From NCBI GenBank assembly GCA_050273025.1, contig CP158635.1, positions 18,538,001 through 18,602,000 on the forward strand: a stretch of DNA of 64,000 nt, read 5' to 3'. This stretch comes from Cenococcum geophilum (lineage: Eukaryota). Below the pieces are notes generated by a model. The model saw nothing but the letters and a program-made list of their open reading frames with translations, was not told the origin of the DNA and made no database searches. Made by a program: the position numbers and the translations under genes. Below, piece after piece: positions 12,640-25,170 of this stretch (within the stretch, counting starts at the first letter, position 1; each line of letters starts with the position of its first letter).

Positions 12640-13533
12640 AGGTAGTCCTGCTGAGTGGTTGATATCATACTATTCGTGCCGCACTTTTGGAGCTACTGCT
12701 CTTTGGTTAGCCACTCCAGGATTTGGGACCGTAAGTCGGAGCCTCTCGCTCTCTTGGCCTCTGGAGTAGCCTTTTACAGACCATTGCGATCATCATTTAC
12801 TAGCTCTTACATTACCCAAAGCACAATTTCAACTGTTCCCTTAAATTCCTAATAAATCCCTGCTCTTCATTAAGGGAGTTCCTCTTCTGTACAGTCCTTA
12901 AACACTATGGCATATTGCATCACACGGCGAATTGAGGGGTTTTGAAATGAAGGCTGGCGGGCATGCTGTTACATTTTCCTTTGTTCATACAGGCGTTTCG
13001 TATTGCATTGCATGGATGGTTGGTTGTCTATAGCCGTGAGGCCGGTCGTCAAGCTCTTCTGATTCGGTAACAGCGGCTGAATATACTGCCACTCTTTTGT
13101 ATTATTCTTTTTATCGACAAGTGGCATGACGACGAAGGCGGCGGGCAATGGGGTTGAAGTTAAGTTGTTCTCTCGGTCGGTCTCATTAGCAATAAAAAGT
13201 CAGTGGTGTTGTTTAAAACTGTATTAGGTAAAATTAAATAAGAAGCACGAACTCGAGCAGCATAGTTTTTGTGCCCAATTTGATTATGAGGCTGTTCACT
13301 AGTTTACTTGACTGATGCTCACGACGTGCGAACTGCGACCTGGATTACATTGGCTCCTGCTAACTATTGCTTGATTGAGCAGCGTGGTCCCTGATTCCAT
13401 GGCGGATTTTCAATCGCCCCACAAGCTAACCACACTCGTGGTGCACTACCGGAATTAGATATCTTGGTATTGACCTTTACGGGGTTTGGCCAAGCGCCGA
13501 GTAGCCCTGGTATTATACATTAATTATTATATA

Positions 13534-13810
13534 TCTCTTGCACAGATAATAACGGTCTATAAAATGCGGCCCGTGTACACTAATTAAAGAGGTGCATGCA
13601 TAAGCGGTAAGCCGTTCTACCGCATCACTAAAACCCTCAATGAGCTCTAGGGGTGGCCTTATTGTGACCCGATTTTTGGAAACAGGATATTAAGTGGGCT
13701 GCACAAGGTCTATATCATTAGATATGTAGTTATGCACCATCTTGGTGGTGTTTAATGTTCTTGACCCCACGCACGGGCTACAATATATAGCACCTTATCT
13801 GTGCAAGGGA
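13534..13810. mobile_element. MITE-like relic (family A, TCCCTTGCAC termini)
   Basis: Inverted repeats tctcttgcacagataa (13534-13549) and ttatctgtgcaaggga (13795-13810), non-coding interior; its right end (reverse complement) aligns with 16323-16385. Confidence 0.55.
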
Positions 13811-14209
13811 ATTGATGCAGGTGAGTATCAAGCAGGATCCATTTGAAACTGTCAATTTGCTATTCTAAGTAGTATCCTCGCGACGACTAGCATCGTACAT
13901 AACAATCGAGCGTCCTGTACTGCACCCCTACATTGAACTGAATGATGTATATCAAGCAGCCAAGCGAGCACGTGTCTCGGTGTTGCCTTCTTCAAACCCC
14001 GATCCTTGTTAAGGCGTATGCATGCAACACAACATCCTGAACAGCACGCTCGCGATTGGCATCAAACCTACACCACCCTCCCAGACGGTGTTCTACCCTC
14101 ATTGTGCACCGCCTACCCCACCGTTGCAAGTCCTGCACATCCTGGCGAGCAGCACACTCGGTATTTGGTGTATGACTAGTACAGGATCCAAGGAGCATTT
14201 GATCCACCA

Positions 14210-15382
14210 ATGTCCGGTGCCATTAAAGACCTACATGAAGTTTTTATACTCGAAGATGAGGATCCTTACCAGAGTTTACGGCTTCTAGGCCACGGGGGGT
14301 GGGGCTCGGTGGATGAAGTGATGAAGAAAGGGGACCCCACTAAAGAATGCTATGCGCGAAAGCAAGTCATCTTGCGATGGGGACCTCAGCGCCAAGAGAT
14401 GATTGAGCAACTTCGAGAAGAGGCACGCATTATTCATCGACTTTGCCATCGACATATAATAAAGCTTATTGGAACATACACTTGGACAACATTATTCGGT
14501 ATTATCATGGTACCGGTCGCAGAAACAGACCTTCAACAATTCCTTAGCCAGATTGATAGTATGGGAAATGGTGAGCAGGGGGATCAAGCTCGAGAACATC
14601 TTCTTAGCTGGACAGGATGCCTCCTCCAGGGTCTCGACTATCTCCATGAGATGAGAGTGAAGCACCGGGATATCAAACCTTCCAATATCCTGATTAAGGA
14701 AGGCGCTGTATATTTTACCGATTTTGGTATATCTAAAATAGTTCCCGAGGGGTTGACAACAGGAACCAATGGCCCTTTCGGACCAATGACTCGTGCTTAC
14801 GTTGCGCCGGAGGCTCTTAAAGATGATGCGCGCCGTGGACGTGCCGCGGATATCTTCTCTCTTGGCTGCGTGTTTCTAGAGATGGGCACAGCGCTAATTG
14901 GGCCTCCTGGGTCCCGTGAGCGCTTTCGTCGTTTTCGTGAGGAGAAGACTGGCACTGTTGCTTACGCCGAGAATACTCTGGTAATTCTTCAGTGGATATG
15001 GCACCTATGGGGCCATTGGTTCGTCATTGTCAAGCCTACTCCTCGTCCAAAGGACAGATTTGCACGCCATGGCGCTGCCCTTCCCGATCTGGCATTTCTA
15101 ATGCTTGATCCCAATCCTGATCATCGGATAACCTCGCGTCAGCTTGTCGCCCTGATTAGCACCCCTAAATTGTACTATTTCGGCAGCGTCAATGCTGCAT
15201 CCTGTAATGGATGTCAAATTTCACCAGGGTCCGAAGATAATAATCTACCATTGCATTCCGAATTTAAAGAGGTAAACGACCTGGAGTATCCTAAAACTGC
15301 CGAGCAAGCCCTAAAGGTTCTAGTCGCACCTGACTGGGACGCGGCGAAGCGCAAGTGGCTGCAATGCCATATGTGGTGGTGA
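14210..15382 (+). CDS. Ser/Thr protein kinase of a lineage-expanded fungal type, no intron within the ORF
   Basis: LGHGGWGSV Gly-loop, YARK, HRDIKPSN, DFG, YVAPE, DIFSLG. Confidence 0.85.
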   Translation: MSGAIKDLHEVFILEDEDPYQSLRLLGHGGWGSVDEVMKKGDPTKECYARKQVILRWGPQRQEMIEQLREEARIIHRLCHRHIIKLIGTYTWTTLFGIIMVPVAETDLQQFLSQIDSMGNGEQGDQAREHLLSWTGCLLQGLDYLHEMRVKHRDIKPSNILIKEGAVYFTDFGISKIVPEGLTTGTNGPFGPMTRAYVAPEALKDDARRGRAADIFSLGCVFLEMGTALIGPPGSRERFRRFREEKTGTVAYAENTLVILQWIWHLWGHWFVIVKPTPRPKDRFARHGAALPDLAFLMLDPNPDHRITSRQLVALISTPKLYYFGSVNAASCNGCQISPGSEDNNLPLHSEFKEVNDLEYPKTAEQALKVLVAPDWDAAKRKWLQCHMWW

Positions 15383-15552
15383 ATTTGAGACAGATTCGGT
15401 TTTTTGCGGAAGTATTGCGAATAATGGCAAATATAGATTAGCCGTGGACAGCTACGAATGAGCAGCAAGATGAGCACCCGGTGTAATCCAGTCCAGCTTT
15501 ACCTTGCTGAAGGCCATTTCCTTCCTCCGGAATAGTCGATGTTAGGACTATC

Positions 15553-15669
15553 GTTATCTCAGTAAGCGACTCAGACGGCAAACGAGACAGTAAATCTCGC
15601 TAGTACTTAACTAATATAGCTTTATATAAAACCCCTGTATTTAGGCTTACTGTCTCGTTTACCGTCTGA
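15553..15669. mobile_element. Short MITE-like relic (family B)
   Basis: 23-bp inverted repeat tcagacggcaaacgagacagtaa (15571-15593) / ttactgtctcgtttaccgtctga (15647-15669), one mismatch; 15553-15580 matches the reverse complement of 34700-34727. Confidence 0.55.
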
Positions 15670-16320
15670 AGGCCTTTGGTGCGAAAATATAGGAGGGTCG
15701 ACTATTGATGGAACGCGACACCACTAAAAAGCAGTATATCTCCACTAGTTAACTAGTTAACTACTTTAAAAGGTAATCGATTATATTTTAAGGGCTGCTT
15801 TATTTATCTATGTACTTATTTATGCATTTTAGCCAAGATAAAGTTCTAAAATTAGGGGTCTGAGCTTGCTGAGGTAAACGGACGAGGCTTGACAACAATT
15901 GTCTCACTGTCTCAGATATTTCAGCGCCAAATGGGGAGCGTGCATAACTCTTAGCTAGGGAGAGAATCACGCACAATTGTGGACTCGGAGTATTTTTTGA
16001 AGATGGTGGCCAACACTCGAGGATCGTCTGCACTGGAAAGATCGATGGATCCTCTCGAAGAATGGTGATCTTTTCGCTTGAAAGGCTTCGTATGCAAATC
16101 ATGAGAGTCTTCCTCAGCTCGTATCACTTGCAGAATCGAGGTCTAGCCGAACTTAGACCTAGTACACCTGGTGAACTCTGATTAATCTTATCCTCCCGGT
16201 CTTTTGATGCCAAAATCGGTTCAAACTTTTGATTATCCTTGATCTGTTAATTCGCATCCAACGGTTATCGATAAGAACTAGCCAATCAATCGAGCTGAAT
16301 TTAACGCCCGTACTGAGGAA

Positions 16321-16403
16321 TATCCCTTGCACCGTCGATGTGCTTACGATCGTGGCCCGTGCACGACGATCAAGAACACCATCCGACAACGGTGCAAGGG
16401 ATA
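16321..16403. mobile_element. ~80-bp MITE-like element (family A) bounded by TA
   Basis: Perfect 15-bp inverted repeat tatcccttgcaccgt (16321-16335) / acggtgcaagggata (16389-16403). Confidence 0.55.
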
Positions 16404-16859
16404 AGGCTTTTGATTTTGTAGTAATTTGATATACACACGTAATTTTGGGAGCCAAATCGCTCGATATGAAGTTCCTAGCACTTATCCTTCCTGCAGAACG
16501 GTATTTTACATTATAGTAGGTAATTAATTAATGGAATTTATATAGGTGTTCGCGCACGGACCACTTACTAGTCAAGGGATATTCTTCACCGGCAACTCTT
16601 CAATCTCCTGTGGACATGTCATCTGGAATCTGGAGAAGGATTTGCTAAGCCCTCCGAGGTGGTGTTTGAGGAAGCTTTACCCCTTAGAAGGGCGCTGGCA
16701 TTACTACCGTATGTTCCACGCGGGAAAAACAGCCAAGCGCGCTTAGCGTCCGGCGTTAAGCGGCGGGGGAACGGCACCGAGCCCTTGCTGTAGTTTTGGT
16801 GTTTACAGTATCTTGACACCCTGTCAAAGCGGACAGCAGGAGCTTTCAACGCGTCAAAA

Positions 16860-17341
16860 ATGTCATCTTTAACCTCGCGGCCTGCTGGCTCAGCTTCTTT
16901 GAACGGCAATGGCGCTGGTGGTCCGCCGGAGAAGACGTATTTCGAGCAGCAGCGCGAAATGTTGGTGGGGGAAATAGCGCAGGTAAACACAATATCTTCC
17001 AGGATGTCCTGCCCACTATGCAAGCGGATAATGACCCTAATGACTGTTATTCTATGATTCAGAGCCTCGAGCATGTCCTCCAGAATATCAATAAGCTAAA
17101 TCGGAGTTTGGAGGAGGTGATTGCGGTAAGACAATCCCACTGCAGGCATGCTCTGGACCTGTGCGTGCATTGCTGACGGCTACCATGTTATTTACAGGTT
17201 GGGAATGAGTTTAGTCCTGTCGAAGCCTTGTGGTCACAATTCGAGAATGTCATGGCCAAAGATCCGGACGCTGATGGTGAGGGACAAGACGGGGAGGCCG
17301 AAGAGGGAGAGACAGAAATGAAGCAGGAAGATAAAGCATAG
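16860..17341 (+). CDS. DAD1: DASH/Dam1 complex subunit Dad1, 3 exons
   Basis: [57 protein letters not shown]. Confidence 0.92.
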
Positions 17342-17781
17342 TATCACGTTAATCTATTAAGGCGTTAAATACGGACGTTACAGCATACGGTGGTACGCTT
17401 CGATTTCACGCAAAGATACCCTGAGTAGAGGAGTGCGATTATGAATTGTATTGGATCAATATTTTATGAAACACCTGGGACTGAATCCTACACGAATACA
17501 AAAGAAGAGATATGTGAACACTCTCCAAGCGTACAATCGGATGATAACAATCAGCCTTTTGTGCTTGTAACGATTCGCCTGAACGCCAAAATAATATATG
17601 TATGATCCCAATGACACCATCCATGGCTATTATGCATCAAGCAAGAGCAGCAGCATGACATTCTCGTCATGCAAAAGTCGGTTGGGAGAAAAAGCCCATG
17701 ATATGTCATTCCAGCATCGATTGTCTCGTCCAGCGTTTTGCTCGTGAAAGTATTTATACCATCGACTTGAAACGAAGGTAA

Positions 17782-18707
17782 TTAGAGAATCTTGCAAGAT
17801 CGTTTCTTGGGCTTTTTACCCCCGGCAAAGACTGGCGTTCGTCCAGTCTCAACAGGACTCTTGTACTCGTCCCCGACAGCCATGGTGACAGCCTGGTCGA
17901 ATATCTCTTCAACACCGTCTTTCTCTTTACTACTGCATTCCATGTATATGGCACCCATCCGCTGCGCCACGGCTTGTCCTTGCTCGGGAGTAACGGGGGT
18001 TAGACCTTGGGTCTTAAGCAGCTCAATGCAGGATTTTTTGTATCGAAGGTCTGACTTTAGCCCTAGGAGCATGATTGGGGTGGTCGGGCAGAAATGAAGG
18101 ACCTCGGGATACCACTGTTGAAACAATTAGCAACTATTAAACGAATTAATTTTAAACATAAAATACCTTGTCCATGACATTCTCGAGAGAGTTCGGGCAG
18201 TCAATTGCGAAGCAGACGAAGAGAATGTCGGTTTCAGGGTAGGAAAGCGGCCGAAGACGATCATACTCCTCTTGGCCAGCAGTATCCCACAGAGCAAGCT
18301 CGACCATCTTGCCCGTTGGCGGGTGTGGAGTGTGCGTGATATAGTTCTCAAAAACGGTAGGGACATATTTCTGTTGAGAATGTTAGCTGTCTATATCTGA
18401 CGCGTCGAATTGAACTTATTACCTCTGGGAAATTGCCCGAGCTGTAACTAATCAGTAAACAGGTCTTTCCGCAGCCGCCATCTCCAACAACAACAAGTTT
18501 CTTGGAATATGCAGGAGGTTCTGTAATGTTGGTTCCGGCCGATTCTCGCCCCGTCGACGACGTGGTAGTGGAGCTGACTGTGCCATTGCTATGCCTTTCA
18601 CTTGGTGTCCGGACTGGCTTGCGTTGTGTAGAGATAGAGACATTAGGCGCCTTCGAAGAAGGTTTTCGGCGAAGGTAGTCATAGTTCTGTGATGCGTGCG
18701 TCGCCAT
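17782..18707 (-). CDS. RHO4: Rho-family small GTPase Rho4, 3 exons
   Basis: N-terminal extension, [49 protein letters not shown]-terminal CAAX CKIL. Confidence 0.9.
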
Positions 18708-19133
18708 TATTGCTTTGCAAATGCCGGACTGAAAGGATAAACAATGTTCACCAATGAGTGGTTGCTCTTGAGTTCAGACCAGATAAGGCAACTCGTGAGT
18801 ATCAATATGAACAACGAAGTTGAAGAAAAGTGATGAAGCAATTGTTGCGTTGAGAGTTGAGGAGGGGAGAGTTGAAATTTAGTCAGGAGTGGCGCTCGTT
18901 TGTTTTCCTATTACCCATCACCGAAGCAACCTTACTGCGCGTGGACCCCACCATAGCGCCCATGCAGGCCCCTGACACACGCCTCCCGCCACAATCCTTC
19001 AGGCGCCTCGATCAGCGTCAAGCGACATCGCTAGGGTCTCAAAATAGCATGCGACTCGATCCCCAACTATGCGAAAAAGCCTGGCCGACCACTCCACCAT
19101 CTTACCCGCAGACGACCCCTTTCGAATGCATCC

Positions 19134-21123
19134 ATGTTTACGCGAAATGATGGAACTGACAAGAGCGAGGGAGGAAATGGGAGTTCGGTTCTGCCAACTA
19201 CCACCGTGAAGGAGCCGCGGCTTGATGCGGGAATGCGCGACCATGATCACTGTGCGTCTCAAGTCTCCCTCGGCGTCAGATACCGACTATACACACAGAA
19301 GCAGAGGAAACAAGCTAATGTGAGTGTTGTTGCGTAAACAGATGCGTACAGGCTTCCGAAATGGCGGAATACCTTGAGGCAGCGACTGATACCAATTGTT
19401 CGACTGGAGACCCCATATCTCGCCCTTTTGCAGGACACATTGCGATCCCCTGCACTGGACTCTTATTTCGCTTTTACTGCGAATCTGGGCACTCATACCT
19501 TCTTCATGATTATGCTGCCAATCCTCTTCTGGTGTGGATATACAAGTATAGGGAGAGCGTATGTGAAATTGGTCAGAACTCAAGCTCTCATTACTGACCT
19601 GAACTCCAAGGATGGTTCATGTACTAGCTTCTGGGGTCATCTGGAGTGGATTTATCAAGGACATGCTATGTCTACCCCGACCATTGTCTCCCCCGTTACA
19701 TCGGATCACGATGTCTGGCTCCACAGCGCTGGAGTATGGATTTCCGTCGACTCACTCCACCAATGCTGTGTCGGTAGCTGTATATGCCATTCAGATGTTG
19801 CGAACCACAACAGAGACCCACCGTCCGACTGTTCACTTGGCATTGCAAATACTTTTTTACTTCTATGCTGTCTCCATCGTTTTCGGAAGACTGTATTGTG
19901 GTATGCACGGCTTTTTTGATGTGGTAGTTGGAAGCATCCTCGGAGCCGGGCTCTCTGCCATACAGATAATCTATGGCAATGCTTTAGATGCTTGGATTTG
20001 TCAAGGCTCATACATGAACCCTTTGGTTGCCACGCTAATCATCCTCGTCCTGGTGCGAATCCATCCGGAGCCTGCAGATGATTGTCCATGCTTCGATGAT
20101 AGCGTTGCATTTGCAGGAGTCATTATTGGATGTCAAATAGGTGCATGGCATTATGCTGGCACTGGGTTTGCCTGGGATTACCCAATCCCTTCCACTGTTC
20201 CATTCGATCTCAAACGCATTGGGTGGCTGAAAGCATGTCTTCGCATTTGCATGGGCGTTGGTATTATTTTTGCATGGAGAGGTATCATGAAGCCAGCGCT
20301 TTTCAAGATCCTTCCGCCTATTTTCCGAGTTCTTGAACATGCCCGTCTAGACCTTCCTCGAGCGTTCTTTTTGACAGCTTCGTAAGTTGATGCGCTCACT
20401 CGATTAGGTATATATATACTGACATCGAATATCGCAGGCAATATAAGAGTGTTCCGAAACTACGAGGAGACGACAATGTCATTCCGTCGGCTTCTGATAT
20501 TCCTCGTCTCCTTACAAACCTCAGCCATCCACGGAAAAGATCGGTTTCCGTGGGACCGCAGTCAGCGGCAGATGCATATGAGACTCTGGCTTACCGAAAC
20601 AAACGACGAAGAGAGAGTATCTCGGCCCCAGAAGCCGAAAGGCCGGGAACACCTGGCAAACCTAAGAGTCCCGATAGTAAAGAGGTGCACTTTGGATACT
20701 CGACAAACTCGAGATTTCCTTCCAGCGCAAGAGAAAATGTCCCTCTAGGCGTAGACTTACTTCCAACGCCCATATCTTCCCGTGTCCACTCTTATGAACA
20801 AATGATGGGTACAGGAGAGCCGGTTGCGAGACCTGTCACGCCTCCAGAAAGTGATGCCAATATCACTAGTGACCTCGACAGAAAGACAGACATACGAGGA
20901 GATGAAGAGAAAGAAGACCGTGAAATGTTTATGAGACTTGAAAGACCTCGAGTTAGATACGACGTTGAGGTAATTACGAAGCTTATAGTATATTCTGGTT
21001 AGTCGTCCATAATCGCGGAATGGTTCCCATCACTAACCTGTGAACGTTGTAGGCATTGGTTGGTTGGCAGTGGAAGGTAATCCAATTCTATTCGAACTCT
21101 GTGGGTTAGGGATGGGTATATAA
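19134..21123 (+). CDS. LCB3: Sphingoid long-chain base-1-phosphate phosphatase (PAP2 family), multi-exon
   Basis: FIKDMLCLPRP, EYGFPSTH, GRLYCGMH (PAP2 motifs C1-C3), HPEPADDCPCFDDS, RVRYDVEVITKLIVYSGIGWL. Confidence 0.88.
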
Positions 21124-21494
21124 CTGGCATTCATTGCCCCTCTGAGTTGGAATGCGGGCGTTCTGTTCATGAGCATAATTTGTACATAATCCAATATTGT
21201 GGCGCTTGGCGCTTTTATGGCTGCGGAAAGGCCAGCCACGAAGTATTCTCTGAAGTTTCCATAACGAAATTGAAGGATCTTCGCCCTGATCCCGAAGTGG
21301 AGCTCCTCGTTGATTTCAATGCCTCATCTCAAAACAACGGTTCAAAGGTTGTTGACATCATGATACATCACGTGGAGATGTTCATATTAGATCGCCTCCT
21401 GATTGCTAGCAATCGTCTCTCGCGGTGACTGCGAAAGCCCAGATCTCTCCTCTCCCACCTCCAACTTCTCCCATCAGCTTCAAAACCTCCAAGG

Positions 21495-22168
21495 ATGAAG
21501 TCGTTACAGACAATACCGGTCGGAGTCTTCCTGCTGCTCGCTCTCACCCCCAATTCATTTGCACATGGCGGTCATGAGCAGGTAACAATAGCTGCCGATG
21601 CGGATTGGGCAACGCGACATATGGCAGGTCAGTTCAACATAACTTTCCTGAATTCTCTCATTTACATTCTTTCATTCCTACAGAGGAGCATCACATCACA
21701 TCCTTCGACGCGGGCGTTTTCTTCACATTGCACGACTACGACAGCTCTGGCAACTGGTCTCCCGACGAAGTCCGGCGCACGTACGGCCTGATGGACGAAT
21801 CCACAAACAACGTGCCAGAAGAGAAGAAAGCCGATGTGGTACGCATAATCATGGACATGTACGACGCGGACAAATCCGGCACCATCAGCTTCGCCGAGTT
21901 CACAATCGCCAATGCCAAAGGCGTCACGCTGCCCGATTTCGGACTAGGCCCGGGACATCATGGTGACGATGAATATGAGTATGAGATCCACCATTTCGAG
22001 AAGTATCATGACGAGAATACGAAAGAGGAGGATCTGACACATCCTGAGGATATTGCGCATTTCGCCAAGCATGATCGGGAAGAGGATGAGCGGGAAGAGT
22101 TGGAGAGAAGACAGAAGGCGGGCATTATAGAGGCGAATATTCCGGCGAAGTTTAGAAGGAGCGCTTGA
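21495..22168 (+). CDS. SSP120: Secretory pathway EF-hand protein Ssp120, 2 exons
   Basis: Signal peptide, DWATRHMAEEHHI, FFTLHDYDSSGNW, EF-hand DADKSGTISFAE, GPGHHGDDEYEYEIHHFEKYH, IPAKF. Confidence 0.88.
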
Positions 22169-22551
22169 CGACAGTGTTTCCTTCTGTTTATGGCCTTCGT
22201 CTTTTACTCGGACCGTTTGATGAGGGTGATAAATGAAGACGGAGATGAAGACGAAGAAGGTGGGGGGGATGGAGAGGGAGATGAAGATGGAGATGGCGAT
22301 GATGAATTTGGGATCAATGACGATCAAAGGCTCTTGCGAGCACTGCCCGATCTGAAGTCTGAATTTCGTATTCCTTTACTATCCGGATGTATTTTGATAT
22401 GGATTCTCTATGAGTATAAGAGCTTCTAGAAGATACCAGGGATGCTGTCTATCACATCAGAGTTCTTTCATCTTTTCTTCGCTGTACAATTTTCTTTGCT
22501 CAAGCGCTCATGCGACAAATGGCTAGACCAGCATTTTCAGGTGCGTTTGTA

Positions 22552-24114
22552 TTATATATACCTTACACGAGCACCCCCCTGCGGAATGTATATATCTAGT
22601 ACGCAATGCATCACTCCTGGTGCATACGTCTTAACCTTTTCCACATGCTCTAGTCTCACCTGCCTCTCTTTCTGACTGCCTTGGGACACGCTTCCTTGGG
22701 GCTCGTCATCTACAATCGCTTGAATCTCCCTTACAATATCCTCAGCCTTCGCCTCAATGTCCTTCACCGCAATATTCTCATGCAAATGTATCCACCCACC
22801 CATCGCCAGGTCTACCGCTTCAACAGCCGTCTTCCAACTCCCTCTCGATGTCGGCAATAGGCCGCAATTAACGTGACGAATCGGCGGTAACGAATTTCTC
22901 AGTCTTAAAATCTTCTCCAAGGCAAATTCATTCGACTCCTCAAACACCCAAAAATCCGCCTCGACCGCCTCACCCTCTAGATCTCCAACCGCGCCAAAAC
23001 TCTCAACACTCCACCCATTCTCCGCCGCCCCCCTCCTCAGCCCCTCCACACTCCACGGATTCAGCTCCCAGCACAGCACCCTCCGCACCCCGGCCTTCCG
23101 GTAACTAAACGCAAAATACCCAATCCCAGCATACAGATCGACCGCCGCACATCCAACTGCTCCGCCCCCCTCGCCCTCGCCCTCGCCCTCTCCCACCGCC
23201 AGCCGCACACTCGCCATCCCAAGCACCCGCGCCTTCTCCGACACATTCCCCCGCGAAAACATGGTATGCAGCGGCGCCCACACCTGCACGACGCCATTCT
23301 GGCGCGCGGACACCCAGAACGCGGCCGCGAAATCCTCCGCCGTCGGGCCCGCCCCACTGCTCCCCTTCTCCTCCGCCACCGCTGCCGTCGGACGGCCTCC
23401 GAAGTCGCCGTGCAGCGGCACCAGCGCGAGCGGGGCTCGCAGCACGTTGGCGCTGCGCCCCTCCTCCTCTCCCTCTTCCGCCGCGGAGGAGGCGCGCTGC
23501 GGCGGGATTGGCGCGTTCAGCGCGACGTGAGTGGCGCCGGTGGCGTGTGCGAGGGTGGCGTAGAGGGATGGGAGGAGGGAAAGGGGCGGTTGCAGGGGCA
23601 GGGCGGAGAGGAGGGTGGTCCAGGCGGGGGAGCGGAAGGTGTGGGCGGGGAGGAGGAGGAGGGGTTTATAGAGGGAGTAGGTGGATGGGAAGGCGGAGAG
23701 GAGGGCGGCGGGGGTGAGGTCGAGCGAGGGGAGGAGGGCGGCGGGGAGGGCGTGCAGCCAGGTTGAGAGGGCTGCGAGGAGCATGTTGCCGCTTGGGGGC
23801 TGAGAGAGGGGTTGCGAGGTTGGCGTGGGGTAGGTGGTAATGGAGATGCTGTCGAGCTGTTCTTCTAGCCCTAGGTCGCGGAGGAGTTGCGCCTTGTACT
23901 CTACTGATATTTTGTTCTGGGTTGTTTCGTATCCGGGAGCTGGGAGCGTAGAGGGTACGATGAACCACTTGCCGTTTCCAGGATTGCTGTTGCGTTCATC
24001 CGCTGAAGGATGGATTTTCATGGCTCGGTTTAAGTGACATGCCCTTTCTAGTGCTGATTTGACGGCCTTGACATGCTCGCGCGGAACCAAGAAGGACAAA
24101 AATGCCTCCGCCAT
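22552..24114 (-). CDS. TYW2: tRNA wybutosine-synthesizing protein 2 (SAM-dependent, Trm12/Tyw2)
   Basis: QNGVVQVWAPLHTMFSRGNVSEKARV, VDLYAGIGYF, ELNPWSVEGL, HVNCGLLPTS, KVKTYAPGVMHCVLD. Confidence 0.88.
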   Translation of the reverse strand: MAEAFLSFLVPREHVKAVKSALERACHLNRAMKIHPSADERNSNPGNGKWFIVPSTLPAPGYETTQNKISVEYKAQLLRDLGLEEQLDSISITTYPTPTSQPLSQPPSGNMLLAALSTWLHALPAALLPSLDLTPAALLSAFPSTYSLYKPLLLLPAHTFRSPAWTTLLSALPLQPPLSLLPSLYATLAHATGATHVALNAPIPPQRASSAAEEGEEEGRSANVLRAPLALVPLHGDFGGRPTAAVAEEKGSSGAGPTAEDFAAAFWVSARQNGVVQVWAPLHTMFSRGNVSEKARVLGMASVRLAVGEGEGEGEGGGAVGCAAVDLYAGIGYFAFSYRKAGVRRVLCWELNPWSVEGLRRGAAENGWSVESFGAVGDLEGEAVEADFWVFEESNEFALEKILRLRNSLPPIRHVNCGLLPTSRGSWKTAVEAVDLAMGGWIHLHENIAVKDIEAKAEDIVREIQAIVDDEPQGSVSQGSQKERQVRLEHVEKVKTYAPGVMHCVLDIYIPQGGARVRYI

Positions 24115-25170
24115 ATTCCGTCTGATCTTCAAGAAAGACGGCTTTCCGGAGGTTATGGGTAAATATTAAAGAGGAAAGACAGTCAAATTAATGCAATCGA
24201 AGTGCAGAACTAGACCAATAATCCAGGAACAACACGTGAATGTCTGAAAAACTCAACCCTTAGAGTTGCACTTTTAAACAAAACTATTCATAGACGTTAG
24301 AGAGAGAAAATAACACGCCTCGAGATTTATACTTCGATGAGTGCCGAAGGAGTACTGGAAGAGAGGACGATATAATGGTCTTGAGGTGGGAGAATTTGAC
24401 AAAGTCGACATTTGGGTTTCGAAATCTTGGCGTTGGATACTCTACAGGGTCCGCACATGCTAGATAATAATGCTACTAGAGCTAATTTGAAGGTGCGGAT
24501 AGCATGGAGTTTCATTTCCAGAAGGTCACCTTGGAATGGAAAAATGATCAAGTCATTTGAAAGCATTATACAATTATTATTGATGGCCAATTATCCATGC
24601 AAAATTAACACAGTAGTATACAGTGCCCAGGCATATTCTTTGAGCCCTTGATCGTACATAGAACTGTAAACTTCCTAACCATTCCTAGAGCCGTGTCGTT
24701 CCCTTGCAAAAAATGTGGCAATTCCACTATACATACGATGCACAAACCCACTTCTCGAATCAACCCTCATTCCGCAAAAGCCCCTCTCTAGCAAGTGATA
24801 TGGGCTGGACCAAAATTAATCAAATGATTATGATATCAAATATAGGTATATCGCCGTCTTCTAAACCAAGTCAGCATCCATTCTCTGCTCAGCCGAAACA
24901 TCCAGTTCTACGAATTCATAGTGTCGTTCAATTTAAACACGAACAGAGCCGTGATTCCACGTCACTAGAAGTGAATGAGGTAAGGCTTACTCCATCAAGG
25001 TCGACTGTATATGGTAGGCTCAACGCGGGATTAGGAATTTAATGGCTTCTGAGAGCTGAGACCAAGCGGAAACCACCCTTAACGGCAAGTAAAAAGAAGA
25101 AGGGGTCCCAAATCCTAGTAGTAGTCGTACAACTGTCTCTGGTTTTCTAGTGGAATTCTAAAGATAATTT

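Noticed and set aside
22190..22429. Acidic 79-aa ORF (EDGDEDEEGG...)
   Set aside because: Purine-rich low-complexity tract just downstream of SSP120; no support for coding.
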